A DNA stretch of 60,472 bases, counting the filler. It is 5 parts of 5 records of this genome, joined end to end, with 100 filler letters (N's around TTAATTAATTAA, not from the genome) between each part and the next. Parts side by side here need not be neighbours in the genome. Positions count along the whole stretch, not along the records: positions 1 to 20,184 come from DRR378314_1033; positions 20,285 to 28,012 come from DRR378314_1043; 3 more parts are not named here. One strand, given 5' to 3'. A program made the position numbers and the translations under genes. Under the pieces are notes generated by a model. The model was not told the DNA's origin. It searched no databases and saw only the letters and a list, made by a program, of their open reading frames with translations. This document shows, piece by piece, positions 13,952-25,165 of this stretch. The number at the start of each line of letters is the position of its first letter. Position 1 is the stretch's first letter.

Positions 13952-14384
13952 GTGAGCGCGTCGGGATGCTTGTTTTGTAGGAATCGTACTGCTGTGGTGT
14001 TTCCCTCAGTGTTTGTGGCGTTGCGTCAGCTGGACGGTGGTTTCGGTTGAGCACAGCCGCGAGTTGTGCGTTTCTGTTGTGAGGACCGTCGCACTTGTGC
14101 CAAGCTGTGCACTTTTCTCCGCACACCGGGCGGGTGCGGCTTGACGTAAAAGAGAACGAAAATTGCGTATCTCTGAGATACACTGTATTTGTTGGTCGGT
14201 TAGCCGTGCGTCTGGTCGAATACAAGCTGTAGGTTTATTTTTGAACCGCTGTGTTTGCTGTCGCCTCCGCTGCGGCAGGCTCGTAGCGCAGGTGCCAGCA
14301 CCCTACAAACCTATGTGCGGTCGTCCCAGCACAGCGTGCACGGAGGAGTAACAGAGGGCTGGGAACTTTTTCACGTTTTGGTTG

Positions 14385-15926
14385 TTAATCTTTCTTGTTA
14401 AAGCGAAGCGACGCCGAGTTCATGCAATACCGCTTGTGCGTCGGAGGAGGTCCGTCGTCAAACACATGGCCGAGATGGGCGCCGCACTGCAAGCGTGGCA
14501 GCCATTTGCCGAAACGGCGACGTTGTCGTGAGCCCCAGAGCATCTGCACTGCGCTCTATTCTCTTCCCGCCTCTGGTTCATCACATATGGGAAGTTAATT
14601 TTATGTAGCAATAGCGCTTCTGTACTGGCGCGGTGCGCTGCGACGCCGGTATCTCTATCCTTCGCGTGCGACGGGGTCGCACAGAACAGCGAACCTCTCG
14701 CTATCACGCAAGAGGTGGTTGGGAGCGGTCTTCCGCTCCGAAGAACCATGCCCTGCGCACCGGACCCAGCTGCGCGGTGCAACGAAGCTGGCTCCAGCTA
14801 GTGAAGCAACCAAGATCGTACCTTGGAGCAAACGACCTCCGTCCTGACCATGCCGTGAGAGGCATCGCGGATTTCCTTCACGTGGCCATCGGCGACCGGT
14901 TTCCAGAACGACGGCCATCCGGTGCCGCTGTCGAACTTGGTATCGGCCACAAACAGGTCCTGCCCGCAGCAGACGCACTTGTACGTACCGGCGTCCTTGT
15001 TGTCCCAGTACTCACCCGTAAAGGCTCTTTCAGTTCCTTTCTGGCGCGCGACATAGTACTGCAGGGTTAGAGTTGCGGCAGCGAAATCGCGAGAACAGCG
15101 GAGAGTAAGCGAACGCAAGCCAAGCGACTTGGCAGAACCACTCTCGCACCGCAGCGGTTGTGGCAGCGGCACGGCACCAGTCCTCGCCGTGAAGCATGCT
15201 TCGGTACACTGCAACAGATCTGGAGCTATACCGTCGCTTTGTGTTGTAACTTTTCCGCTCTCGCAGAGAATCTACCACGAAGACCGAAAAAAAAATTAGA
15301 ATTACAGAGGTAACAGATAGCGAGAGCACGCGGACAGCAGCCGCGACAAGACTAGGCATACGGGAGTATCCGCGAATACGCACGGGTGGCGGTAAACACT
15401 GTGCTGCAAACAAAACCCACGGCGCAAATGCACTATTTCCGGCACCCGCTGTATCATTTACAGCGGCTGAAGAATGGTGATTCTGCTTTCGCATCTGTTG
15501 AGGCGCCATACCTGCGTCTTGGTGAGCTGAGCCTGCCACTCCTCGTCAGATTTTTGCACTTCGTATTCTGTCCGAGCAGGAACACCAAGAACGCGGGAAC
15601 GAAGGGTGATCAAACGGAATAGGCACATGAACCATTTCGGCAAAAAGAAATCAACCGCTGCACGCTCTCATAAACCTGACGCGTATTTGTTTCCGCCACA
15701 GGGCCACAAGGAGGTACGTGTAAGCGCGCGTTTTCAGGAAGCAATGCCAAAGAAGGCAGCGCGGAGGCTTTCGAAGCAACGCGCGAGCGTCGCCGCCGCT
15801 GCGGAGCCATTTCGTTCGGCGCCCTAGAGCAACGCACGCAAACGCAACAAAGCCGCATGCCGTCTCACGCTGGACCTCGTTTGACCTGCTACAATCATCT
15901 GTGTCACGAACTTTCAATCCCATCAT
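14385..15926 (-). CDS. msrB: Peptide methionine-R-sulfoxide reductase MsrB (spliced)
   Basis: Exons 15567-15512, 15058-14822 and 14486-14385 encode [68 protein letters not shown]. The first exon (15926-15869) is tentative. Confidence 0.9.
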
Positions 15927-17179
15927 CGATGAAGCATTATTTTGCATCGTAACAACTCGACTGGCGCGTACTTGGACGGGTGTGGTACGAACGAACTCTG
16001 CGCGCCTTTTGCTGGCAAGGACTTGATACCTTCTCGTACTTGAAACATTCTGTGATCATGGGAGCACCTGTTGCCCGCCACTACCATTGGCAAAAGTCAA
16101 CCGCTACTAGCAAGGGAGATCATTTGCTTCCATTAGTGACCGGAAAAGGAAACCAAAAGCGTCACGCAGAACGCTTACTTCAGTGGAACGCCGGGCTCGC
16201 CCATGCACCTCCCCGTTCGGCCACCGCACGGTGAACACGTGTACAACAGCGGAGTCTCGTTGACCAAACGTGCAAGTGGCAGAGCAGCGCGCGCTCGAAA
16301 AGAGCAAAGGGAGAACAAATAACATCCGCTTGCACGGTGCGATATACAATGTGTGTCGAAATACGGTACATATTGCCCATGGTGACCATCGTATTGGAGC
16401 TCGAGCAGTGGATGTGTTCGTCAACTTTCGCGCGTGGCACGAGTGACGAAAAAAGGTTGTGACGAGCACGCGTACGCTGGCGCACAGCTTCCTCACCTCC
16501 CATCGCGGATTGCGTGTTCCTTGGAGACGGCAGCAGCACAAACTTCGCAGAAAGTGCCAGTAGCAGTACACTGCAGAAGCGAAAGATCCAGACGCGAACA
16601 GCAATTGGTGCGGATCGTCGTGGCCAGAAAAAGGACAGCAGAGCAGCTGTGGACGCACCTGCGCGCCGAGGGGATGAGGCTATCGGACCGAATTTTACCG
16701 AATAAAGTGGTTTGAACAAACGTGATTTGCAACAGGAGATGCACGGGCTACCTTGCGGCTGCAAATGCTTTTGCGAAGGCGTTTTGCGTTCATTTCAGTG
16801 AGGCGCTGCAGGCAGCGCATACGCGCCCGCAACGAGAAAAGGTGCCCGCCATCTATGCCTGCTTCTTGGTCTAATTCAAGAACACAGGAAAGCGATGCGC
16901 AAGCGCTGGTGTACGTCTGCACACCATTAAAGCCCTTGCGACCGTATTCCAGGACAAAGCACAACACGCGTCTAACCCATAGGAGTCCATTACGTATACA
17001 ACCATCTCTTGCCTGAATCCGCGACGCACGCGGTTCCAGCCCAAGTCCGGCCGTTCCCCGAAAAAGTTCGAGCATGGACCACTAACCATAGCCTGTGCGA
17101 AATACACACACCCGTGGGAGCGCCCGGCAGGCTACGTGTGATCCGATACTGTGCATGAAAGTCGTAACTGGTCGAAGAT

Positions 17180-18612
17180 TTACTCGGCCATCTTCTTCAG
17201 CACAAACACTTGGCCGCACAAACCGCACGTGTGCGACTCGCCCGCCTTGAGCGTGAACCAAATCAGCTCACCGCTCTCGTGCGAGGGATCTGCGCCCGCA
17301 AAAGAAAGAGGGAACGTAAAACGTGCGCAGGAAACAGATGTTCGCGAATGAGTACATCCCCACGTTTCGGTACAGGAACAAAGCACACACTTATGTATAT
17401 CTCGAAGGCCAGGCACTGCACCAGAGGGTATAGGGCAAAACAGAAACGAGCAAAAAGTCCGCACTCGAAGCTTCCACTTCACAGGAACGCAAGAGCGACG
17501 CGCCGGTGTTGCGCGAGCTGCAAACACCCGGGGAGGGAAGCGCAAGCACCTCGCGCAGCTTCCAACGCGTGCAAGAGCGTCCACGGCACTGCAACCGTGC
17601 TGATATCTACGAATGAGAAACAAAAGGTCGATCACGTGCTCCCTTTCCCATAGCAAGCGAGAATAAATGAACGCCGGGTCATACTACTGCGCGCTCGATC
17701 CATAGAGCGGCAAACGAGCTCCGGGATGTGAGCACGCCACTCGATCTCTGCGAAGATTCGCCGCTGCACGACGTCCTTGGAGCCTGCAGGCTCTGCAACG
17801 CGCTCGCGCGCCCCATCCCAAACGGCGCCGATGTGATACAGATTGCCGCCAGTGCGAACGTCACATCCGCACTAAATTATCCATACTAATGCGATCCTTG
17901 TCTCGATCTCTTCCTACCGAGCTTACTGCGAATAAAGACTAAAGGGAAGGGTCGCATTTTCATCCGTGCGCTGCGCACAGTGCAGCGAGCTGCTCAGAGG
18001 CGCTCGGGCGCAGACAGTAGGCAACGGTGCCCCCCGTGCCGGACGAGCCACGCGGGCTCATTTGACTGCGGCGACGCTCACGCGTGTCCACGCCCGGCCC
18101 GGCCACTGTCGCCGTCACAGCGGAGAAGCTTTGCTAGCACCGACAAAGCCAGCCAGGCCCGTTGCGCACATGCTAATCAAACATACACCGATTGCACTAC
18201 GAAACAGAGAGAGACGGTCCGTGACTGATACGTGTGCCGCACGTGCTGTGTCGCGCGCACGTGCTTTCGCGTGCAAGGCGTGGGGGCACGCACCATCACA
18301 GTTAGCGGGGCAGCCTACAACGCGCTCGTCAAATACCGACTCGACAACGACCGGGTTCTCCTTTGTCCCTTTGGGGCCAACAATGACATCATCCCAGAGT
18401 TTCTTGTTTTCTTTCAAGTACAGCAGTTCCTGGCGCTCCATTCCCGTTGCCTGGTTCTCATTTTCCGGGATTTCGCCGGCTGCACCGCCCGGCGAAGGAG
18501 GATCAATGGGCGTGACCGGACCGCTCGACGCCAGCGCGCGCACGGCGGCAGGCGCGAAAGCGACGCGCGAGCGCGCGCTGCGAAGAACTGCTCCGGAGAA
18601 AGCTGCAAGCAT
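17180..18612 (-). CDS. COX5B: Cytochrome c oxidase subunit 5b (mitochondrial precursor), 2 coding exons
   Basis: Exons 18612-18294 and 17289-17180 give 142 aa with an Ala/Arg-rich transit peptide, QATGMERQE, GPKGTKENPVVVES..ERVVGC and WFTL..HTCGLCGQVFVL zinc ligands. Confidence 0.92.
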
Positions 18613-20184
18613 CTGCAACAATGAGCGCACACATTCCCAAGCCAGAACATCCATCAATACATAAGAATCTCGAACAAGGCTTCTGCTATACACGACGCAC
18701 AGTCCTCCACTGAGGCAAGCAGAGAACGCGCGGGTGTAAGCGCGAGCAGCTGTGCACGACGCTCAGGCGGTGCAGTTCCTCTGCAAGCAGCCAACCCAGC
18801 ACAACCACGCCGAACCAAGTTGCAAAGGATTCAGCGCACACGAACGACACCGCAGCCCCGCTGAAATGCACGTGCACGCTGCGCGCGCGAGCAGCAACGC
18901 GCCACTGGCTGCCCGGCGAATCCGTGCAACCGGAGACTACATGCGAAGAATTGTGGATAAACGATAAACCGACCACGCCAGACACGGCTCCGCGGGAACG
19001 GACGGTCTTCTACGCTGTTGCGCAAACAGCGCGAGGGCCGCAACGCGGCGCGCAAGCAGAGGACGACGCAGGCGTCGGGGCCCCGTTCGGTGCAGCTGTT
19101 CGCGACGATTCGTCGCGGCGGAAAAGCGCAGCAGCCCGCGAAACAGCGCCACCTTTTGCGCACTAGAGGCAGAAACGCAATTATCACGCGAAAGACAGCA
19201 GGGGTACCGCAAAAGGCATGCTGATAAAATCCGCGGTGCCATATATTTGCTTTCTTTCCCCCAAGTGACGGGAAACACGCGTCGCGCAAAGGGAGCAGCC
19301 GTGCATACCTCGTATCGAAAATTCTGCACGCAAGAAAACTGCAACAAGCACAAAAACGTGCAGACCGCCAGTACCCAAGCTCGGGGAAAGGACCACCGCA
19401 GCGCCGCCTTCACACAGAGCTGTCGCAAATCGCCGAGGACGCGCGTTACGCCATTGTGTTGAACAAGTTTGGCTTTATAGGGCTGAATGTCGTTTCCCGA
19501 CTCGCCCGCGGCTCGCAAGATTGTGGTGCAATCTTCTACCCTAAACGCATGATACTTTTGTTTAATCAAACTAACTACCCTGCGGGAACGCAGGTTTACT
19601 GTGGTATCTACGACAAGCAGGGTGAAGCTGGTCCGCAACTCTTCTGCCACCACAAAAAAACTCTCCCTGCCCTAGCCGCTCTGCATTGCGCAAGCCCCAC
19701 GCGCCCTTGGGAGTCCTCGCACCACACTCCCCATAGCGATAGATTTTGTTCTTGGATTTCGGGCGCAACTGCGGGACCGCGCTTGAGTCGTCGGGCCGCC
19801 TTCGTTTATTAGTATTATTCTTCTTTCTCGCTGCGCTCCTGGGATCTCGCTCCATTCGACAAACGTGACGCTTCCTCATGTCGAGTGGCAAACTGTGGAT
19901 ATGGGCTCGCGTGCGAAGTGTTCACTTCGCTGCTTCTACGGTACGGGGCTCGCGGGCCTGCTCCCCGACACCTTTGCCAGCTGCTGTGCGAAACCTGTTC
20001 CAGGGTGTCTTGTTTCGAGGAACGAGCCTGTGCACGAAGCAGTGCGGCGCCGCTTGCCCACTTCGTTTCCTATGGCCGTCCTTCCGCTGAGTGCGACCGC
20101 CCCTCTCGCTCCGCGCACAAATCATTTTGAAGCACATGTTCTATCAGGACGGATGTGAAACCATCAAAAAAAAAAAAAAAAAAA

Positions 20185-20284
20185 NNNNNNNNNNNNNNNN
20201 NNNNNNNNNNNNNNNNNNNNNNNNNNNNTTAATTAATTAANNNNNNNNNNNNNNNNNNNNNNNNNNNNNNNNNNNNNNNNNNNN
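20185..20284. other. Artificial contig-joining spacer
   Basis: 44 N + TTAATTAATTAA (stop codons in all six frames) + 44 N, preceded by a 19-A homopolymer. Confidence 0.98.
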
Positions 20285-20311
20285 TCCGGTCAGTTCGCAA
20301 CGGCGCGACAT
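20285..20311 (-). CDS. rpmB: 50S ribosomal protein L28, N-terminal fragment cut by the contig end
   Basis: MSRRCELTG with an upstream AAGGA RBS matches the alphaproteobacterial L28 start. It lies next to meaB. Confidence 0.8.
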
Positions 20312-20628
20312 GGTGTTATCCTTCGTATCTGCGGCGTCCCAACCTCTGTGTGGCCTGCCCGGCCGTGTGAAGTCAGTCGCCAAATTACAAGGGCGCTGCC
20401 ATTGGCTGCGCCCGAAAACTGGTTGCATGCGTTTAGGAGGAATCACCGGGATGGTCAAGCCATATGCGACGCTTTTGTGGCAGTCCGACCGACATTCCTG
20501 CACCCTTCCCATCAGCGCTGGCGACCTTGTACAATTTTCGCCGGATCAGACAGGCCCCGAGGTCAGGCGATCCGCCTGATCGCGGCAGGTAGCCCCCCGG
20601 TATCCCCGACCTACCCACGCCCGAGTCG

Positions 20629-21612
20629 TCAGCGATTGGCCACACCAAGCCCGGTCAGCAAATCCCGCGCTGCGGCCTGCGGTGTTTGCGCCCCTTCGGC
20701 CACCTCCGCGGAGAGTTCGGTCATCCGCGATTTGGCCCAGGGCGTGTCGAGCCGCGCCAACAGCGCCTGACGCACCTCCTCGGCGAACCAGTATTGCGCC
20801 TGCGCCGCCCGGTTGCGATCCCAGTGACCGCTTTGCCGCCGCCACTCAGCCAGGGCCTGGATCTCTGCCCAAGCGGTATCAAGCCCTGTCGCCTCAACCG
20901 CAGAGACCGTCAACGCCTTGGGAAACCCTTCCGGGTCCTGAGGGCGCTTGCGCAGCAACCGCAATGCCCCGGCATAGTCGGCACAGGTACGGGTGGCGGT
21001 GGATTTCAGATCGCCATCCGCCTTGTTCACGAGAATCATGTCCGCGATCTCCATGATGCCGCGCTTCACCCCCTGCAGTTCGTCCCCGCCGGCAGGGGCA
21101 AGCAACAGCATGAACAGATCCGACAGCTCGGAGACCACGGTTTCAGATTGTCCCACACCCACGGTCTCGATCAGCACCACGTCATAGCCCGCTGCCTCGC
21201 ACAGGGCGACCGCGTCGCGGGTGCGGCGGGCAACGCCGCCCAGATGGGTCTGGCTCGGGCTGGGGCGGATGAAGGCTGCGGGTTCGCGGCTCAACCGCTC
21301 CATCCGGGTCTTGTCGCCAAGGATGGAGCCACCAGAGCGCGCAGAGCTTGGGTCCACCGCCAGCACCGCCACGCGCAGCCCCTTCCCGACCAGCATCATG
21401 CCGAAGGTTTCGATGAAGGTGGATTTGCCCACCCCCGGCGTTCCCGACATCCCTATGCGCAAGGCCTGACGGCCGCTTTTGGTGAGCGATGACAGCAGTT
21501 CGTCGGCGTGAGCGCGATGGTCCGCCCGCGCGCTTTCGACCAGCGTGATCGCCCGGGCCAGCGCCCGCCGGTCCGCGTTCAAGATCCTGTCACTCAGCTG
21601 TGCGATGTCCAT
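20629..21612 (-). CDS. meaB: Methylmalonyl-CoA mutase-associated GTPase MeaB
   Basis: GTPGVGKST P-loop, AVDPSS..GGSILGDKTRM, IETVGVGQSE, GDELQGVKRG and NKAD motifs. Confidence 0.95.
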   Translation of the reverse strand: MDIAQLSDRILNADRRALARAITLVESARADHRAHADELLSSLTKSGRQALRIGMSGTPGVGKSTFIETFGMMLVGKGLRVAVLAVDPSSARSGGSILGDKTRMERLSREPAAFIRPSPSQTHLGGVARRTRDAVALCEAAGYDVVLIETVGVGQSETVVSELSDLFMLLLAPAGGDELQGVKRGIMEIADMILVNKADGDLKSTATRTCADYAGALRLLRKRPQDPEGFPKALTVSAVEATGLDTAWAEIQALAEWRRQSGHWDRNRAAQAQYWFAEEVRQALLARLDTPWAKSRMTELSAEVAEGAQTPQAAARDLLTGLGVANR

Positions 21613-21922
21613 GGCGCGCCTCTTGTCCTCACCGCGCATTGATGACGCAGGCAAGACGCGCTTGTCCAGTGGCGCCCGCCGCAAAACCCATAGAAAACCC
21701 AGCCGACAGTCTGCCATAAATGACGCCGCTGTACCGGCTCCATCGCCTTCCCACGAGGCCCGTGGCTCCGCCTCGGTGCTCTGCCTGGGTGCTCCGCGAC
21801 CACCGAACACGCGGCTTTGGATTGGACAAGGCGCTGATCGGCTCCGTTCATGATGCGATCCCGTTGAGGGGCGGCGTTACACCGTCTGGACCTCGCGCCT
21901 GCGATTGGCGATAAGCGCCGCC

Positions 21923-24427
21923 ATGACACGGCTCCCCATCGATGACGCGCTGCCCGACCTGATCTCTGCCCTGCGCCGGAGCGGCCGCGCCGTGCTGCAG
22001 GCGCCACCGGGTGCGGGCAAGACCACCAAGGTGCCGCTGGCGATGCTGGAGGCGAAGCTGACCGAGGGTCGCATCCTGATGCTGGAGCCGCGCCGCCTCG
22101 CCGCCCGCACCGCCGCCGAGCGCATGGCCGCAACCTTGGGCGAAAGCACCGGCCAGACCGTCGGTTACCGGGTGCGCGGCGAGGCCAAGACCTCCAAGGC
22201 GACCCGCATCGAGGTGGTGACCGAAGGCATCCTGACCCGGATGCTGCAATCGGACCCGGACCTGCCGGGCATCGGCGCGGTGATCTTCGACGAGTTTCAC
22301 GAACGCTCGCTCAACGGCGACCTGGGCCTGGCCTTCTGCCTCGAGGTCGCGGGCGCCCTGCGTGACGATCTGATGCTGCTGGCGATGTCCGCCACACTCG
22401 ACGCCGGTCCGGTGGCCGCGCTGATGGAAGCGCCGGTGGTGACGTCCCAAGGGCGCAGCTACCCGGTGGAGACACGCTGGCTCGACAGTCCGCTGCCCGC
22501 GCGGGCGCGCAAACTGGACGCGCTGGTGGACCTCGTGACCCGCGCCGAGTCCGAGACCCGAAACAGCGGCGGTGGTGGTGGCGGCCTTTTGGTGTTCCTG
22601 CCCGGCGAGGGCGAAATCCGCCGCGCCGCCAGCGCGCTGGAGCGCCGCCTGCCCGGCGATTGCCACATCCGCCCGCTGTTCGGCGCCCTGCCCTTTGCCG
22701 AGCAACGCGCCGCCATCGCCCCCGCATCCGAAGGCCGCAAGGTGGTGCTTGCGACCTCCATTGCCGAGACCTCACTCACCATCGAGGACATCCGCGTGGT
22801 GGTGGACATGGGACAGGCCCGGCGCGCGCGGTTCGATCCCGGCGCAGGCATGTCGCGGCTGGTGACCGAACGTGTGACCCGCGCCGAGGCCACGCAACGG
22901 CAGGGCCGCGCAGGACGGGTCGCCGAGGGCACCTGCTATCGGCTCTGGGCCAAAGGCGAAGAAGGCGCGTTGATGGCCTATCCGCCGGCAGAGATCGAGG
23001 CGGCCGACCTCACCGGACTGGCGCTGGAACTGGCGCTTTGGGGCGCAGAACCCGATGATCTGCCACTGTTGACCCAGCCTCCCACAGGCAGCCTGTCGGA
23101 GGCCCGCGCGTTGCTGCAGATGCTGGGCGCGCTGGATGGGCAGATGCGCATCACCGACCATGGCCGCGCGCTGGCCCGTTTGCCGCTGCATCCGCGTCTG
23201 GCGCATATGCTGGCTGTGGCCGGCCCCGACAGCGCCCTGCTCGCCGCATTGATGGCCGACCGCGACCCGCTGCGCGGCGCGCCGGTGGATCTGGCCCTGC
23301 GCCTGGAGGCCCTGCGCGATCTGCGCCGCTTTCGCGACCGCCGCCCCTATCAGGTCAAGACCCCCGCCCTCCAGGCCATCACCGCCGAGGCCAAGCGCCT
23401 GCGCACGCGGCGCGGCGGGCAGAGCGACAGGGCCGCCGGTGCCAGGGGTGGACCCGCCGCATCCCTCACATCCGAGCCCCTCTCCCCCGCCGCCATGGCC
23501 GCGCTGGCCTACCCCGACCGGGTGGCACAGCGGCGCAAGGGCGATGACGCGCGCTACGTGCTGGCCGGGGGCAAGGGCGCGGTGCTGGAAAACTCCGACC
23601 CGCTGGCCTCCGCCCCCTACCTGGTGGTGACCGACAGCGACGGCAATCCGCGCGAGGCCAGGGTACGGCTGGCGGCCCAGATCACCCTGGCCGAGATCCG
23701 CGGATTGTTTGCCGACCAGATCACCTGGCAGGATGTCTGCAGCTGGTCCAAACGGGATCGTCGCGTGGTGGCGCGCAGGCAGGAACGCTTTGGCGCGCTG
23801 GTGCTGGAGGACCGCATCTGGAAAGATGTGCCGCCCGAGGCCGTCGCCACTGCCATGCTCGACGGGGTGCGCGATCTCGGGTTGCGCCTCTCCCCGGCGG
23901 CCACGCGGCTGGCCACCCGCGTGGAACTGCTGCGCGCCGAAGGACATGACCTGCCGGATTTCTCCGACGCCGGGCTGATGGCGAGCCTCGACGATTGGCT
24001 GCTGCCCATGCTCGGCGCTGTCCGCAACGACAGCGACTGGAAAGGCTTTGACGCGCTGCCCGCCCTGCGCGCGACACTGACCTGGGATCAGACCCAGCTT
24101 CTGGACCGCGAGGTGCCGGGCAGCTTCATCACCCCGCTGGGGCGCAAGATCCCCATCGACTACGCCGGTGAGGTGCCGGGCATCGAGGTGCGACTGCAGG
24201 AAATGTTCGGCGTCACACGACACCCCACCGTGGCGGGCGTGCCGCTCAAGGTCACGCTGCTGTCACCCGCCCGCCGCCCGATCCAGATCACCCGCGACCT
24301 GCCGGGGTTCTGGTCCGGCTCTTATGCCGATGTGCGCAAGGACATGCGCGCGCAGTACCCCAAACACCCCTGGCCCGAAGACCCGACCCAGGCCGAGGCC
24401 ACCCTGCGCGCCCGCCCCCGGCGCTGA
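21923..24427 (+). CDS. hrpB: ATP-dependent helicase HrpB
   Basis: APPGAGKTT, DEFHER, MSAT, ATSIAETSLTI and QRQGRAGR motifs, plus the C-terminal YPKHPWPEDP. Confidence 0.96.
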   Translation: MTRLPIDDALPDLISALRRSGRAVLQAPPGAGKTTKVPLAMLEAKLTEGRILMLEPRRLAARTAAERMAATLGESTGQTVGYRVRGEAKTSKATRIEVVTEGILTRMLQSDPDLPGIGAVIFDEFHERSLNGDLGLAFCLEVAGALRDDLMLLAMSATLDAGPVAALMEAPVVTSQGRSYPVETRWLDSPLPARARKLDALVDLVTRAESETRNSGGGGGGLLVFLPGEGEIRRAASALERRLPGDCHIRPLFGALPFAEQRAAIAPASEGRKVVLATSIAETSLTIEDIRVVVDMGQARRARFDPGAGMSRLVTERVTRAEATQRQGRAGRVAEGTCYRLWAKGEEGALMAYPPAEIEAADLTGLALELALWGAEPDDLPLLTQPPTGSLSEARALLQMLGALDGQMRITDHGRALARLPLHPRLAHMLAVAGPDSALLAALMADRDPLRGAPVDLALRLEALRDLRRFRDRRPYQVKTPALQAITAEAKRLRTRRGGQSDRAAGARGGPAASLTSEPLSPAAMAALAYPDRVAQRRKGDDARYVLAGGKGAVLENSDPLASAPYLVVTDSDGNPREARVRLAAQITLAEIRGLFADQITWQDVCSWSKRDRRVVARRQERFGALVLEDRIWKDVPPEAVATAMLDGVRDLGLRLSPAATRLATRVELLRAEGHDLPDFSDAGLMASLDDWLLPMLGAVRNDSDWKGFDALPALRATLTWDQTQLLDREVPGSFITPLGRKIPIDYAGEVPGIEVRLQEMFGVTRHPTVAGVPLKVTLLSPARRPIQITRDLPGFWSGSYADVRKDMRAQYPKHPWPEDPTQAEATLRARPRR

Positions 24428-24591
24428 GATCGCAAAATTTGCACCAATTCGTATCATGCAGGCGCGGCACCCCCGGCCCGCGGTGTCATAAAACCGTTGC
24501 ACTATCAGCCGAATTTGCATACTCACCATCGGTCAATCACATCCGTTCACCTTCAAGGACACCCGGTCACGCCGGACTGTTTATCACCCCG

Positions 24592-25050
24592 ATGCAACGT
24601 TCCCTGCACAAGCTCTGGTTCCAGACACTGCGCCCCATGCTGTCGCGCCCGCGCCGACTGCAAGTGGCCGCGCTGTGTTATCGCCAGACGGGCGAGGGGC
24701 GCGAAGTGCTGATGATCACCAGCCGCGACACCGGACGCTGGGTGCTGCCCAAGGGCTGGCCAATGGCAGGCAAATCCAGCGCCGAAAGCGCAGCGGAGGA
24801 AGCCTGGGAAGAGGCCGGCGTGCGCAAGGGGCGCTTTGATGACACCCCGCTTGGGCGCTATGAATATGACAAGCGTCTCGACAGCGGCGCGGTCGAACCG
24901 CTGGAAACCCTGGTCTATGCACTGGAGGTTGAAGAGCTGTGCGATGACTTTCCCGAGGCACATGAACGCAGCCGCCGCTGGATGAAACCGTCCGAGGCCG
25001 CGGAACTCGTGAATGAGCCGCAGTTGCGCGATTTATTGAGCGTTTTTTGA
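24592..25050 (+). CDS. NUDIX hydrolase (DIPP/Aps1-like subfamily)
   Basis: QVAALCYR..LMITSRDTGRWVLPKGWP..EEAWEEAGV Nudix box and FPEAHER. Confidence 0.88.
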   Translation: MQRSLHKLWFQTLRPMLSRPRRLQVAALCYRQTGEGREVLMITSRDTGRWVLPKGWPMAGKSSAESAAEEAWEEAGVRKGRFDDTPLGRYEYDKRLDSGAVEPLETLVYALEVEELCDDFPEAHERSRRWMKPSEAAELVNEPQLRDLLSVF

Positions 25051-25165
25051 TCCTCTTGATCCGCGTGCCACATCTCCCCGCCAAAACGACTGCCATCGCA
25101 CTGGGCCTGAACGTCGGCACTCCACCGACCGGCCCGGCTTGCGTGGCGCATCCTGAGGAGGCGAC

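Noticed and set aside
14385-14486. Selenocysteine-type MsrB
   Set aside because: The catalytic residue is encoded by TGC (RYCMNS), and there is no in-frame TGA.
15980-17100. Possible additional gene between msrB and COX5B
   Set aside because: Only short ORFs are present, with no recognisable motif or consistent exon chain.
18613-18700. Spliced-leader trans-splicing (an acceptor AG directly before the COX5B ATG, and another shortly before the kinase ATG)
   Set aside because: A cis donor (GTGCGT at 18700, minus strand) explains it as an 88-nt 5'-UTR intron.
19450-19900. Possible minus-strand exons (VVSLIKQKYHAFRVED...)
   Set aside because: There is one plausible exon, but I could not link it into a gene model or family.
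20166-20184. Poly-A run as an mRNA tail or retroposon end
   Set aside because: The contig contains introns and so is genomic. A homopolymer at a contig end is most simply an assembly break.
20229-20240. TTAATTAATTAA palindrome recurring four times
   Set aside because: It is always centred in N-runs, so it is a synthetic six-frame stop linker.
20185-20311. Bacteria-to-eukaryote horizontal transfer junction
   Set aside because: The junction is an artificial spacer, with no physical linkage evidence.
22567-22585. Poly-Gly GGC/GGT repeat in hrpB as a phase-variable tract
   Set aside because: It is a short, in-frame, impure triplet run, most likely a loop insertion.
22772-24223. 483-aa antisense ORF within hrpB, and similar long shadow ORFs opposite katG, the decarboxylase, the Hint gene and the channel gene
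   Set aside because: These are typical stop-poor antisense frames of GC-rich coding DNA, with no motifs.
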